A stretch of 39,366 nt of DNA from Ruminococcus sp. GTDB taxonomy: Bacteria > Bacillota > Clostridia > Oscillospirales > Ruminococcaceae. The stretch spans positions 1 through 39,366 of the forward strand of contig JBJERG010000051.1 of the NCBI GenBank assembly GCA_051882155.1, given 5' to 3'. Below the pieces are notes generated by a model, which had not been told where the DNA came from, did not search any database, and saw only the letters and a list, made by a program, of their open reading frames with translations. Shown here piece after piece: positions 1 to 7,486 of this stretch (its first letter is position 1; each line of letters opens with the position of its first letter). The translations under genes and the position numbers were made by a program.

Positions 1-190
1 ACAGGCTTTTTCGTTTCTCGTCAACGTGCATTTTGCAATAAATGAGGGTTTTGGCATAAATTTCTACGTGTTGACATACCAGAGGATTTTTTCACCCTGA
101 AAGTTTGTTTATTATCACCACAGTTTTTTCGTCATGGTAAGAGTGCATAAATTCAACACCCGGTTTTCGCCACACATCACAAAAATTCTG

Positions 191-886
191 TTATATTTTG
201 TCAATATAGCTCTCATACAAGTCGGGACGCTTCTCCTTCGTTACTTCAAGGCTTTGTGCAAACCGCCAGTCCGCAATGTTCTTGTGATGCCCTGAAAGCA
301 GCACCGGCGGCACTGCCATATCATGCCATATTTCCGGTCTTGTATAGTGAGGATATTCAAGAAGTCCGCTGAAGTGGCTTTCCTCCTCAAAGCAGACAGA
401 TTCCGGAAGAACTCCCGGACACATTCTTGCAATGGCGTCTGTCAGAACCAGTGCAGGAAGTTCTCCGCCTGTAAGCACATAGTCGCCCACAGATATCTCC
501 TCATCTATTATTGTATCCAGAACCCGCTGATCAATACCCTCATAATGCCCGCAGAGCAAAAAAATACTGTTCATTTTTGAAAGCTCCACTGCCTTCTGCT
601 GAGTGAGAGTTTTTCCCTTTGGCGAAAGATAAATGGCATGAGGTTTTTCCTCCAGTTTTTCGCAGACCGCTTCCCAGCATCGGTATATTGGATCAGCCTG
701 CATAACCATACCTCTTCCGCCGCCGTAAGGCACATCATCCACACGCTTATGCTTATTGAGGGTATAGTCACGTATATTGTGGCATTCTACCGTAATATAT
801 CCTGCCTTCCTTGCACGTCCCACAATGCTTTCCGACAGCACCGCCTCGCACATATCCGGAAACAGAGTTGCAATGTCAATTCGCAT
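191..886 (-). CDS. trmD: tRNA (guanine37-N1)-methyltransferase
   Basis: Motifs VDDVPYGGGRGMVM, LLCGHYEGIDQR, SVGDYVLTGGE, LLEYPHYTRP; follows rimM. ATG at 886 chosen over TTG at 889. Confidence 0.98.
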   Translation of the reverse strand: MRIDIATLFPDMCEAVLSESIVGRARKAGYITVECHNIRDYTLNKHKRVDDVPYGGGRGMVMQADPIYRCWEAVCEKLEEKPHAIYLSPKGKTLTQQKAVELSKMNSIFLLCGHYEGIDQRVLDTIIDEEISVGDYVLTGGELPALVLTDAIARMCPGVLPESVCFEEESHFSGLLEYPHYTRPEIWHDMAVPPVLLSGHHKNIADWRFAQSLEVTKEKRPDLYESYIDKI

Positions 887-1391
887 CAAGAAGTCCCTCC
901 AGCGGACGGATCTTCATAATGCCGCCCTCCACGTCCGTTTCAATCACAACATCCGGAATTGCAGGAATCCAGTAGGTTTTCCTGTTTCCCTCATCATACA
1001 CCTCGTAAACGTCATTTGCACCGGTCTGGGATACGTCCTTTAATGTACCGTAAACCTTTTCATTGTCTGCGTCAATAACCTTCAGACCAATGAGGTCCTG
1101 TATAAAATATACGCCCTCTTCAAGCTCCAGATCGTCACGGTGGATATACAGCACCTTGTTTCTGAGCTTTTCTGCGTCTTCCGGAGATGTGCAGCCTTCG
1201 AAGCGCATTATTACCGTGTTTTTAAACACCCTTGCATCTTCCACAGCAATCTCTTTTTTATCCCTGTCAATAAACAGCCTGTCAAATTCGCAGAGTAGCT
1301 CCGGTTCATCGCACCAGGGCATGACCTTCACATCGCCTTTAAGTCCATGGATATTGACGATTTTGCCGATTTCCAGATATTCCTTTTTCAT
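876..1391 (-). CDS. rimM: 16S rRNA processing protein RimM
   Basis: IGKIVNIHGLKGDVKV N-terminus, PRC-barrel TGANDVY motif; canonical rpsP-KH-rimM-trmD order. Confidence 0.97.
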   Translation of the reverse strand: MKKEYLEIGKIVNIHGLKGDVKVMPWCDEPELLCEFDRLFIDRDKKEIAVEDARVFKNTVIMRFEGCTSPEDAEKLRNKVLYIHRDDLELEEGVYFIQDLIGLKVIDADNEKVYGTLKDVSQTGANDVYEVYDEGNRKTYWIPAIPDVVIETDVEGGIMKIRPLEGLLDAN

Positions 1392-1451
1392 CTGATTTTC
1401 TCCTTTATAGTAAAAACAGGCGAATCCGGAGAATCGCCTGCAATAACCTTG

Positions 1452-1685
1452 TTAGTCTATTTCCACTGCAATCTTCTGATTGGTCTTAGCAGCACCGGAA
1501 CGCATAATCAAACGGATAGCCTTGGCAATTCTGCCCTGCTTGCCGATAACTCTGCCCATATCATCCGGAGCAACATTAAGGTGGAATACGATAACGCCTT
1601 CCTCATTGGGAGCGTCCTCTGTAATTTTAATTGCAGACGGGTCTTCTACCAGACCTGCCACAATCGTATAAAGCAAATCCTGCAT
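1452..1685 (-). CDS. khpA: KH-domain RNA-binding protein (KhpA/YlqC)
   Basis: DMGRVIGKQGRIAKAIR GxxG KH motif, 77 aa, between rpsP and rimM. Confidence 0.95.
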   Translation of the reverse strand: MQDLLYTIVAGLVEDPSAIKITEDAPNEEGVIVFHLNVAPDDMGRVIGKQGRIAKAIRLIMRSGAAKTNQKIAVEID

Positions 1686-1772
1686 ACTGTCTGCTCCTTT
1701 CGGATAAATGCCTGCAAGAAGTATGAGCAGCAGCGCTCTGCGCTATTCTGCTCCCTACCTGCATTTTTCTGA

Positions 1773-2015
1773 TTAAAGAATGCCTTCCTTCTTCAGAATA
1801 ACCTTAACGGTATCTGTAGGCTGTGCGCCGTTTACCAGCCACTTCTTAGCCTTTTCAGCATCAACCTTAACTACAGACGGTTCCTTTGTAGGATCATAGT
1901 AGCCGATTTCTTCGATGAATCTGCCGTCACGGGGATATCTTTCATCAGCAACTACAACACGGTAGAAGGGAGCCTTCTTTGCGCCCATTCTTCTCAGTCT
2001 GATCTTTACTGCCAT
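1773..2015 (-). CDS. rpsP: 30S ribosomal protein S16
   Basis: [24 protein letters not shown]...[14 protein letters not shown]; GGAGG RBS. Confidence 0.99.
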   Translation of the reverse strand: MAVKIRLRRMGAKKAPFYRVVVADERYPRDGRFIEEIGYYDPTKEPSVVKVDAEKAKKWLVNGAQPTDTVKVILKKEGIL

Positions 2016-2074
2016 TTCTGTTTCACCTCCATGTGTGCTTTCTTATATATCAGCAGTTTCCTGCATGATAAATC

Positions 2075-3493
2075 TTACTTTTTCGGCATTATTCCCGGCG
2101 GAAGTCCCGGAATATTGCCGCCCTGCATTCCCTGAAGCTCGTCTAAATTCATTCCTGCAAGACGCTTCATTGCACGGCGTGACACCTTGCCGTTCTTGCC
2201 CTTGATGTTTCCGCCCATCTTCTTCATCATTTTCTGCATCTGGTCGAACTGTTTCAGGAGCCTGTTTACGTCCTCAACCTTGTTGCCGCTTCCGGCAGCG
2301 ATTCTTCTCTTTCGTGAGGGATTTATGATAGAGGGTTTCTTTCTTTCGGCAGCTGTCATTGAAGTTATGATAGCTTCAATTCTTGTAAACTGCTTATCGT
2401 CCATGTCAATATCCTTCAGCTTGCTGCCAACGCCGGGAAGCATTCCAAGGATCGACTGGAGAGAACCCATTTTCTTTATCTGCTGAAGCTGGTCAAGGAG
2501 ATCGTTCATATCGAACTGATTCTGCTCCATACGCTTTGCAAGACGTTCAGCTTCGTTCATGTCAACGGTGCTTTCAGCCTTTTCGATAAGTGTGAGGACG
2601 TCGCCCATTCCCAGAATACGTGAAGCCATTCTCTCCGGGTGGAACTGCTCGAAATCATCGAGCTTTTCGCCCATACCCACGAACTTGATAGGCTTGCCTG
2701 TTACTGCCAGAACGGACAGTGCCGCACCGCCTCTTGTATCCGAGTCAAGCTTTGACATAAGAACGCTGTCGATACCCAGAGCGTCATCAAATGCCTTTGC
2801 AACGTTTACTGCATCCTGACCTGTCATGGCGTCGACTACCAGCATGATTTCATTGGGATTTGTAAGCTTTTTCAGCTCTTTAAGCTCCTCCATGAGAGCT
2901 TCATCTATATGAAGGCGTCCTGCCGTATCCAGAATGATAACGTCATTGCCGTGATCCTTGCCGAATTTCATAGCTTCCTTAGCTATGATCATGGGAGATA
3001 TCTGACCCATTTCAAAGACCTTTACGCCTGCACGTTCACCCACAACCTGAAGCTGATTTATAGCGGCAGGTCTGTATATATCGCAGGCAACCAGCAGCGG
3101 ATAATGGCCTTCCTTTTTCAGAAGCTTGGCAAGCTTTGCGGCATGGGTAGTTTTACCGGAACCCTGAAGGCCGCACATCATTATAACGCAGGGCGGCTTT
3201 GAGGGAAAATTTATCCTTGCGTTTTCATTGCCCATGAGAGCGCAGAGTTCTTCGTTTACTATTTTTATAACCTGCTGTCCCGGCGTAAGGCTTGTGAGAA
3301 CCTCTTCGCCTACAGCTCTTGCGGAAACCTTTGCCACAAAATCCTTAACGACCTTATAGCTTACGTCCGCTTCCAGAAGCGCCATACGGACTTCACGCAT
3401 AGCTTCCTTAACATCAGCCTCTGTGAGCTTACCGTGAGATTTAAGTTTTCTGAACACCCGGTTCAGCTTGTCTGAAAGACCTTCAAAAGCCAT
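2075..3493 (-). CDS. ffh: Signal recognition particle protein Ffh
   Basis: GLQGSGKTT P-loop, DTAGR, KLDSDTRGGAALS, Met-rich C-terminal M domain; start at MAFEGLS (3493) with AAGGAGG RBS. Confidence 0.99.
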   Translation of the reverse strand: MAFEGLSDKLNRVFRKLKSHGKLTEADVKEAMREVRMALLEADVSYKVVKDFVAKVSARAVGEEVLTSLTPGQQVIKIVNEELCALMGNENARINFPSKPPCVIMMCGLQGSGKTTHAAKLAKLLKKEGHYPLLVACDIYRPAAINQLQVVGERAGVKVFEMGQISPMIIAKEAMKFGKDHGNDVIILDTAGRLHIDEALMEELKELKKLTNPNEIMLVVDAMTGQDAVNVAKAFDDALGIDSVLMSKLDSDTRGGAALSVLAVTGKPIKFVGMGEKLDDFEQFHPERMASRILGMGDVLTLIEKAESTVDMNEAERLAKRMEQNQFDMNDLLDQLQQIKKMGSLQSILGMLPGVGSKLKDIDMDDKQFTRIEAIITSMTAAERKKPSIINPSRKRRIAAGSGNKVEDVNRLLKQFDQMQKMMKKMGGNIKGKNGKVSRRAMKRLAGMNLDELQGMQGGNIPGLPPGIMPKK

Positions 3494-3526
3494 GACGCAT
3501 CCTCCTTCTGGCACACATTTCTATAA

Positions 3527-3886
3527 TCAAAGCAGACGCAGACCCTCCTGCACCTTTTCTCTTATTGCACTGCATTTTTCCAGCAGCAAGGCGGGATTTC
3601 CGGCGTTTTCCGCCATATTCTCTGCCGCACCGTCGATTTCTGCAAATTTTTCACGCAAAGCAGACAATCTTTCTGCGAATTTAAGTTTTTCCTCCATATT
3701 GAGGAGGATATCCTCGCTTCGTTTGATACTGTCCCTTACAGCCTGTCTTGTAATACCGGAGAGTTCTGATATCTCGCCCAGTGACAGGTCCTCAGCATAA
3801 TAGAGTTCAGTCACCTGTCTTTGGCGTTCGGTGAGAAATTCGCCGTAGCAGTCAAGGAGCATAACAAATCTGAGATCCTTCGCCAT
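3527..3886 (-). CDS. ylxM: YlxM/UPF0122 helix-turn-helix protein
   Basis: LLDCYGEFLTERQR...YYAEDLSLGEISE..ITRQAVRD; directly upstream of ffh as usual in Firmicutes. Confidence 0.95.
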   Translation of the reverse strand: MAKDLRFVMLLDCYGEFLTERQRQVTELYYAEDLSLGEISELSGITRQAVRDSIKRSEDILLNMEEKLKFAERLSALREKFAEIDGAAENMAENAGNPALLLEKCSAIREKVQEGLRLL

Positions 3887-3928
3887 ATCTGTTCCTCCTT
3901 ACAGGGTGTAAAGGCATTCAGCTTTACA

Positions 3929-3957
3929 ATGATAACATATATTTTCTAATTTGTCAA
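3929..3957 (-). promoter_or_regulatory. sigma-A promoter of the ylxM-ffh operon
   Basis: Minus strand TTGACA-17 nt-TATCAT with extended -10 TG. Confidence 0.75.
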
Positions 3958-3990
3958 GGGGTCTGACAATTTTTTTGGTACATCAAAAAT

Positions 3991-4593
3991 AAAAGTTTTT
4001 TTGGTGCAGCAATTTTTTCAAAAAATGCTGCCGGAGGGTCTGGGACGAGGAGTCCCAGGCGAATGCGCAGCATTCGCAAACTGACCAGAACGAGCGTTTA
4101 AATCCAAGCGCAATAACAAAATTCCGCATTTAAAATCCTTACCCTCATAATCAAGAACAAAACAGAGAGCCTTGTAATAGTGAGTAGTAAGAAAAATATG
4201 CGGAATTTTTATAGTCAGCAAAAAGCGGAACGAAGTGACAATTTTTTGCGGTCTGCTGAAGTCTTGTCAGATTCAAGAGAATTTTTGTTGTTATCTGTTT
4301 CAGATACATTCTATTTTAAGAAAACTTTATCCATCCGCAAGATTTGTCGCTTCGCTCCGCTCTTGCTAAGTAAAAAATTCCGCATATTTTTCTTGCTGCA
4401 CACTGTTACAAGACATTCTGTATTATGCCTGATTGTGCGGGTAAGAATTTTATATGCGGAATTTTGTTTTTGTTATTAGATTTAAAAGCACGTAATTTTT
4501 TAGTCTGCGAATGCTGCGCATTCGCCTGGGACTCCTCGTCCCAGACCCTACGGCAGCATTTTTTGAAAAAATTGCTGCACCAAAAAAACTTTT
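3991..4593. repeat. ~600-bp imperfect palindrome (long inverted repeat; MITE- or REPIN-like)
   Basis: 3991-4082 is the reverse complement of 4502-4593 with 2 mismatches in 92 bp; collinear, weaker similarity continues inward to about 4270/4315. Confidence 0.92.
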
Positions 4594-4594
4594 T

Positions 4595-5197
4595 TTACAT
4601 TTCGCTGCGGTTTTCAAGTGCCTTATACAAGGTCACCTCGTCGGCATACTCCAGTATGCCTCCTACAGGCAAACCAAATGCGAGCCTTGTCACCGTTATA
4701 TTCATAGGCTTCAGCAGCTGGGCAAGGTACATAGCCGTTGCGTCACCCTCCACCGTAGGATTGGTTGCCATGATTATCTCACGCACCTCCTGCTTTTGCA
4801 GACGTGCCAGAAGCTCCCGTATTTTCAGCTGATTGGGCATTACTCCCTCCAGCGGTGAAATAAGCCCGTGAAGCACATGATAAACCCCGTTATACTCATT
4901 GGTTCGCTCAAATGCCGTCACGTCCTTGGGATTTTCCACAACACATATTGTACTGTGATCTCTCCTGTCATCACTGCAAATTGGACAAAGCTCTCTGTCC
5001 GTAAGATTCTGACAGCAGCTGCAATGGCGTATCTCACGTTTTGCCGCAAGAAGCGCCTCGGCAAATTCCGAAACCTCCTCATCACTGCGGGAAATTATGT
5101 GATACGCAAGCCTTTCAGCCGTCTTCATGCCGATACCCGGCAAACGGGCAAAATGCTCCGTCAGCACCACTAAAGGAAGTGCGTTATGGTCAGCCAT
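4595..5197 (-). CDS. recR: Recombination mediator RecR
   Basis: HhH LPGIGMKTAERLA, C4 zinc finger CSCCQNLT..LCPIC, Toprim ATNPTVEGDATA. Confidence 0.98.
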   Translation of the reverse strand: MADHNALPLVVLTEHFARLPGIGMKTAERLAYHIISRSDEEVSEFAEALLAAKREIRHCSCCQNLTDRELCPICSDDRRDHSTICVVENPKDVTAFERTNEYNGVYHVLHGLISPLEGVMPNQLKIRELLARLQKQEVREIIMATNPTVEGDATAMYLAQLLKPMNITVTRLAFGLPVGGILEYADEVTLYKALENRSEM

Positions 5198-5203
5198 TAT
5201 CCC

Positions 5204-5551
5204 TTAAAACATTCCCGGCAGAGATACACCGCCGGTGATCTTGCTCATCTCAGCTTCTGTTGTAGCTTCAACATTTGCAACTGCCTCGTTGAATGCACTG
5301 ATGATAAGATCCTGGAGCATTTCGATATCCTCAGGATCTACAACCTCAGGCTTGATGGTGAGGGACTTTACAGTCTTGTTGCCTGTTACAACGATCTCAA
5401 CTGCGCCGCCGCCTGCTGTTGCGGCAAAGTCACGTGCGCCGATGTCTTCCTGCAGCTCAGTGATCTGATCCTGCATCTTCTGTGCCTGGCGGATCATAGC
5501 ATTCATATTCTGAACTCCGCCCTGATTCTGTTTTGGTAATCTTGCTTTCAT
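5204..5551 (-). CDS. ybaB: YbaB/EbfC nucleoid-associated protein
   Basis: QAQKMQ...AGGGAV...DPEDIEMLQDLI; dnaX-ybaB-recR synteny. Confidence 0.96.
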   Translation of the reverse strand: MKARLPKQNQGGVQNMNAMIRQAQKMQDQITELQEDIGARDFAATAGGGAVEIVVTGNKTVKSLTIKPEVVDPEDIEMLQDLIISAFNEAVANVEATTEAEMSKITGGVSLPGMF

Positions 5552-5582
5552 TGTGAAAATCTCCTTAAAGATAATTTTTTAT

Positions 5583-7121
5583 TTATTCAACAGCAGTTTC
5601 AATGTTGCTGTCTATTGCTTTTTTTATGATACTCTGGGCAGGGTTTATGTTATTATCATCTCCGCTGCATTTTCCCAGTATCTTGTATTCCTTTCCCAGC
5701 ATACGCTTAACCGTATCTCTCAGAGATATGGCATTTTCCCGGTTTTTGAGAAGTGTGAGAAAGAATCTGTTGCTTGTAACTATAAGCATATAATTTCCGT
5801 TTACAAATGCGCTTGACTCCGCCAGACTTCCGGATACCGCCGGGTTTACATTCCTGTATTCCTCCAGAATATCCATCCAGTTTTCCACAGGCTTAAAGTC
5901 CTCGGGATTCAGTTTTCTTGCATTTCCGGCATTTTCACCGGCAGGATTTTCCGGCTGTGACTTTCCTTCGGCAGGTTTTGCTCTCTGCTCTGCCACCTGC
6001 TGAACCGGCTGTACCTGCTGCACTGTCTGAACAGGTGCAGGCTTCGGCATTGTAAGGGAAATAAGCGCCATTTCAAGCTCTATGCGTTTATCCGGGCTTC
6101 TCTGCATACGTTCACGGCAGTCCTGAAGCTCCGAAATATGTGAAAGTATTGTTTCCATGGACAGCTTCTTTGAAAGCTCTCTGAGCCTGTCCGTTTCATC
6201 TGGCATACAAGACAGCAAATCCTTCTGATTATCGCCAAGCTTCAGAAGCATAACATTTCTCATCTGGTCTGTAAGCTCCTCGCAGAGTCTGCTCATATCC
6301 TTTGATCTGCTGTAGAGATCAGCGGCTGTTCTTATGGCGCCTGCCGCATTTCCTGCGGTGACAGCCTCTAGAATATCAAAAAGCGCACCTCTGCCTGCAA
6401 CGCCTGCAGATTCAGAAACCACCTGTGCAGTGATATCCTCGGAAACAGCGGCGCACTGGTCAAGCAGTGATATGGCATCTCTCATGCCGCCGTCAGAAAT
6501 TTTTGCTATCAGAAAGGCAGCGTCCTCGCTGAGGGAAAGCTGTTCCTTTTCTGCGATAAACCTAAGTCTTTCGGCAATATCCTCTGTACGGATCCTTCTG
6601 AAATCATATCTCTGGCATCTTGAAATAATAGTAGCCGGAACCTTGTGTATCTCGGTAGTTGCAAGGATGAATTTTACATATGCCGGCGGCTCTTCCATAA
6701 CTTTAAGGAGTGCGCCCCATGCACTGGGCGAAAGCATATGCACCTCATCTATTATATACACCTTGCAGCTGCATCTTTCGGGCATATAGACAGTACCCTC
6801 ACGGAGATCACGTATATCCTCAACGCTGTTGTTTGAAGCTGCGTCTATTTCTATTATATCGGAAAGGGTTCCTCTGTCTGCGTCCCTGCATATATCGCAG
6901 GTAAGGCAGGGTACGCCGTTTTCTGCATTGGGGCAGTTGACTGCCTTTGCAAGAATTCTGGCGCAGGTGGTCTTGCCTGTTCCTCTTGAGCCTGTAAACA
7001 GGTAAGCATGGGCGGTTTTTCCGCTGCGAACCTGGTTGCGGAGGGTAGAGGTTATATGGGGCTGGGATATTACGTCATCAAAGGACATGGGACGCCATTT
7101 TCGGTATAATGCTTTATACAT
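5583..7121 (-). CDS. dnaX: DNA polymerase III subunit gamma/tau
   Basis: LYRKWRP, HAYLFTGSRGTGKTT, IIDEVHML, ISRCQRYDF; start at MYKALY (7121) behind GGGAGG. The longer track ORF runs into the SRP RNA. Confidence 0.98.
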   Translation of the reverse strand: MYKALYRKWRPMSFDDVISQPHITSTLRNQVRSGKTAHAYLFTGSRGTGKTTCARILAKAVNCPNAENGVPCLTCDICRDADRGTLSDIIEIDAASNNSVEDIRDLREGTVYMPERCSCKVYIIDEVHMLSPSAWGALLKVMEEPPAYVKFILATTEIHKVPATIISRCQRYDFRRIRTEDIAERLRFIAEKEQLSLSEDAAFLIAKISDGGMRDAISLLDQCAAVSEDITAQVVSESAGVAGRGALFDILEAVTAGNAAGAIRTAADLYSRSKDMSRLCEELTDQMRNVMLLKLGDNQKDLLSCMPDETDRLRELSKKLSMETILSHISELQDCRERMQRSPDKRIELEMALISLTMPKPAPVQTVQQVQPVQQVAEQRAKPAEGKSQPENPAGENAGNARKLNPEDFKPVENWMDILEEYRNVNPAVSGSLAESSAFVNGNYMLIVTSNRFFLTLLKNRENAISLRDTVKRMLGKEYKILGKCSGDDNNINPAQSIIKKAIDSNIETAVE

Positions 7122-7161
7122 AAAAATCGCCTCCCTGCATAACACTTTCCTGCATAAAAAA

Positions 7162-7285
7162 TCCGGAATATAGGTGTGCAGGCCTTCTGCGGCACACAAA
7201 ACGATCCGCTTAATGCTGCTCGGTCTCCCGCCTGACATGGTTCACGGTGCTTCATTGCACAGGACCCGCACACCTATATTCCGGA
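7162..7285 (-). ncRNA. ffs: Signal recognition particle RNA (small, 4.5S-type)
   Basis: Minus strand has the helix-8 core GAACCATGTCAGG-CGG-GAGA-CCG-AGCAGC, closed by a long terminal stem (TCCGGAATATAGGTGTGC / GCACACCTATATTCCGGA); usual position upstream of dnaX. Confidence 0.93.
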
Positions 7286-7331
7286 GCTTTCCAAAATAAC
7301 ACTGACACTCAAATCCGAATCAGATATTGTT

Positions 7332-7360
7332 ATTATACCACACCCGAAAATAAATTTCAA
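7332..7360 (-). promoter_or_regulatory. sigma-A promoter for SRP RNA and dnaX
   Basis: Minus strand TTGAAA-17 nt-TATAAT with extended -10 TG. Confidence 0.75.
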
Positions 7361-7486
7361 GTACTTTTTCACATTTTATTTTATTTTTTTATTTTGCAAA
7401 TCACCTGTAAGAGTCTTTACTTTATGAGAAAAATATGTTACAATTCTATTATAAGTAAGTATAACCTCTATAAAAGGAGATACATA

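Noticed and set aside
1-190. Absence of rplS after trmD, and a short GTCAAC/GTTGAC inverted repeat
   Set aside because: The window ends 190 nt after trmD, so the downstream context cannot be judged; the repeat is too short to interpret.
4018-4858. ORFs 4018-4221, 4180-4479, 4425-4832 and 4511-4858
   Set aside because: They lie in the palindrome or antisense to recR, have no RBS or family motif, and their mutual similarity simply reflects the inverted repeat.
5583-7121. Programmed frameshift or slippage site in dnaX
   Set aside because: No A-AAA-AAG slippery heptamer with a downstream hairpin and no long A run at the expected position was seen.
7122-7486. N-terminal extensions of dnaX (to 7238) and of the protease (from 7247)
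   Set aside because: They run through the SRP RNA and its promoter; good RBS-ATG pairs exist at 7121 and 7487.
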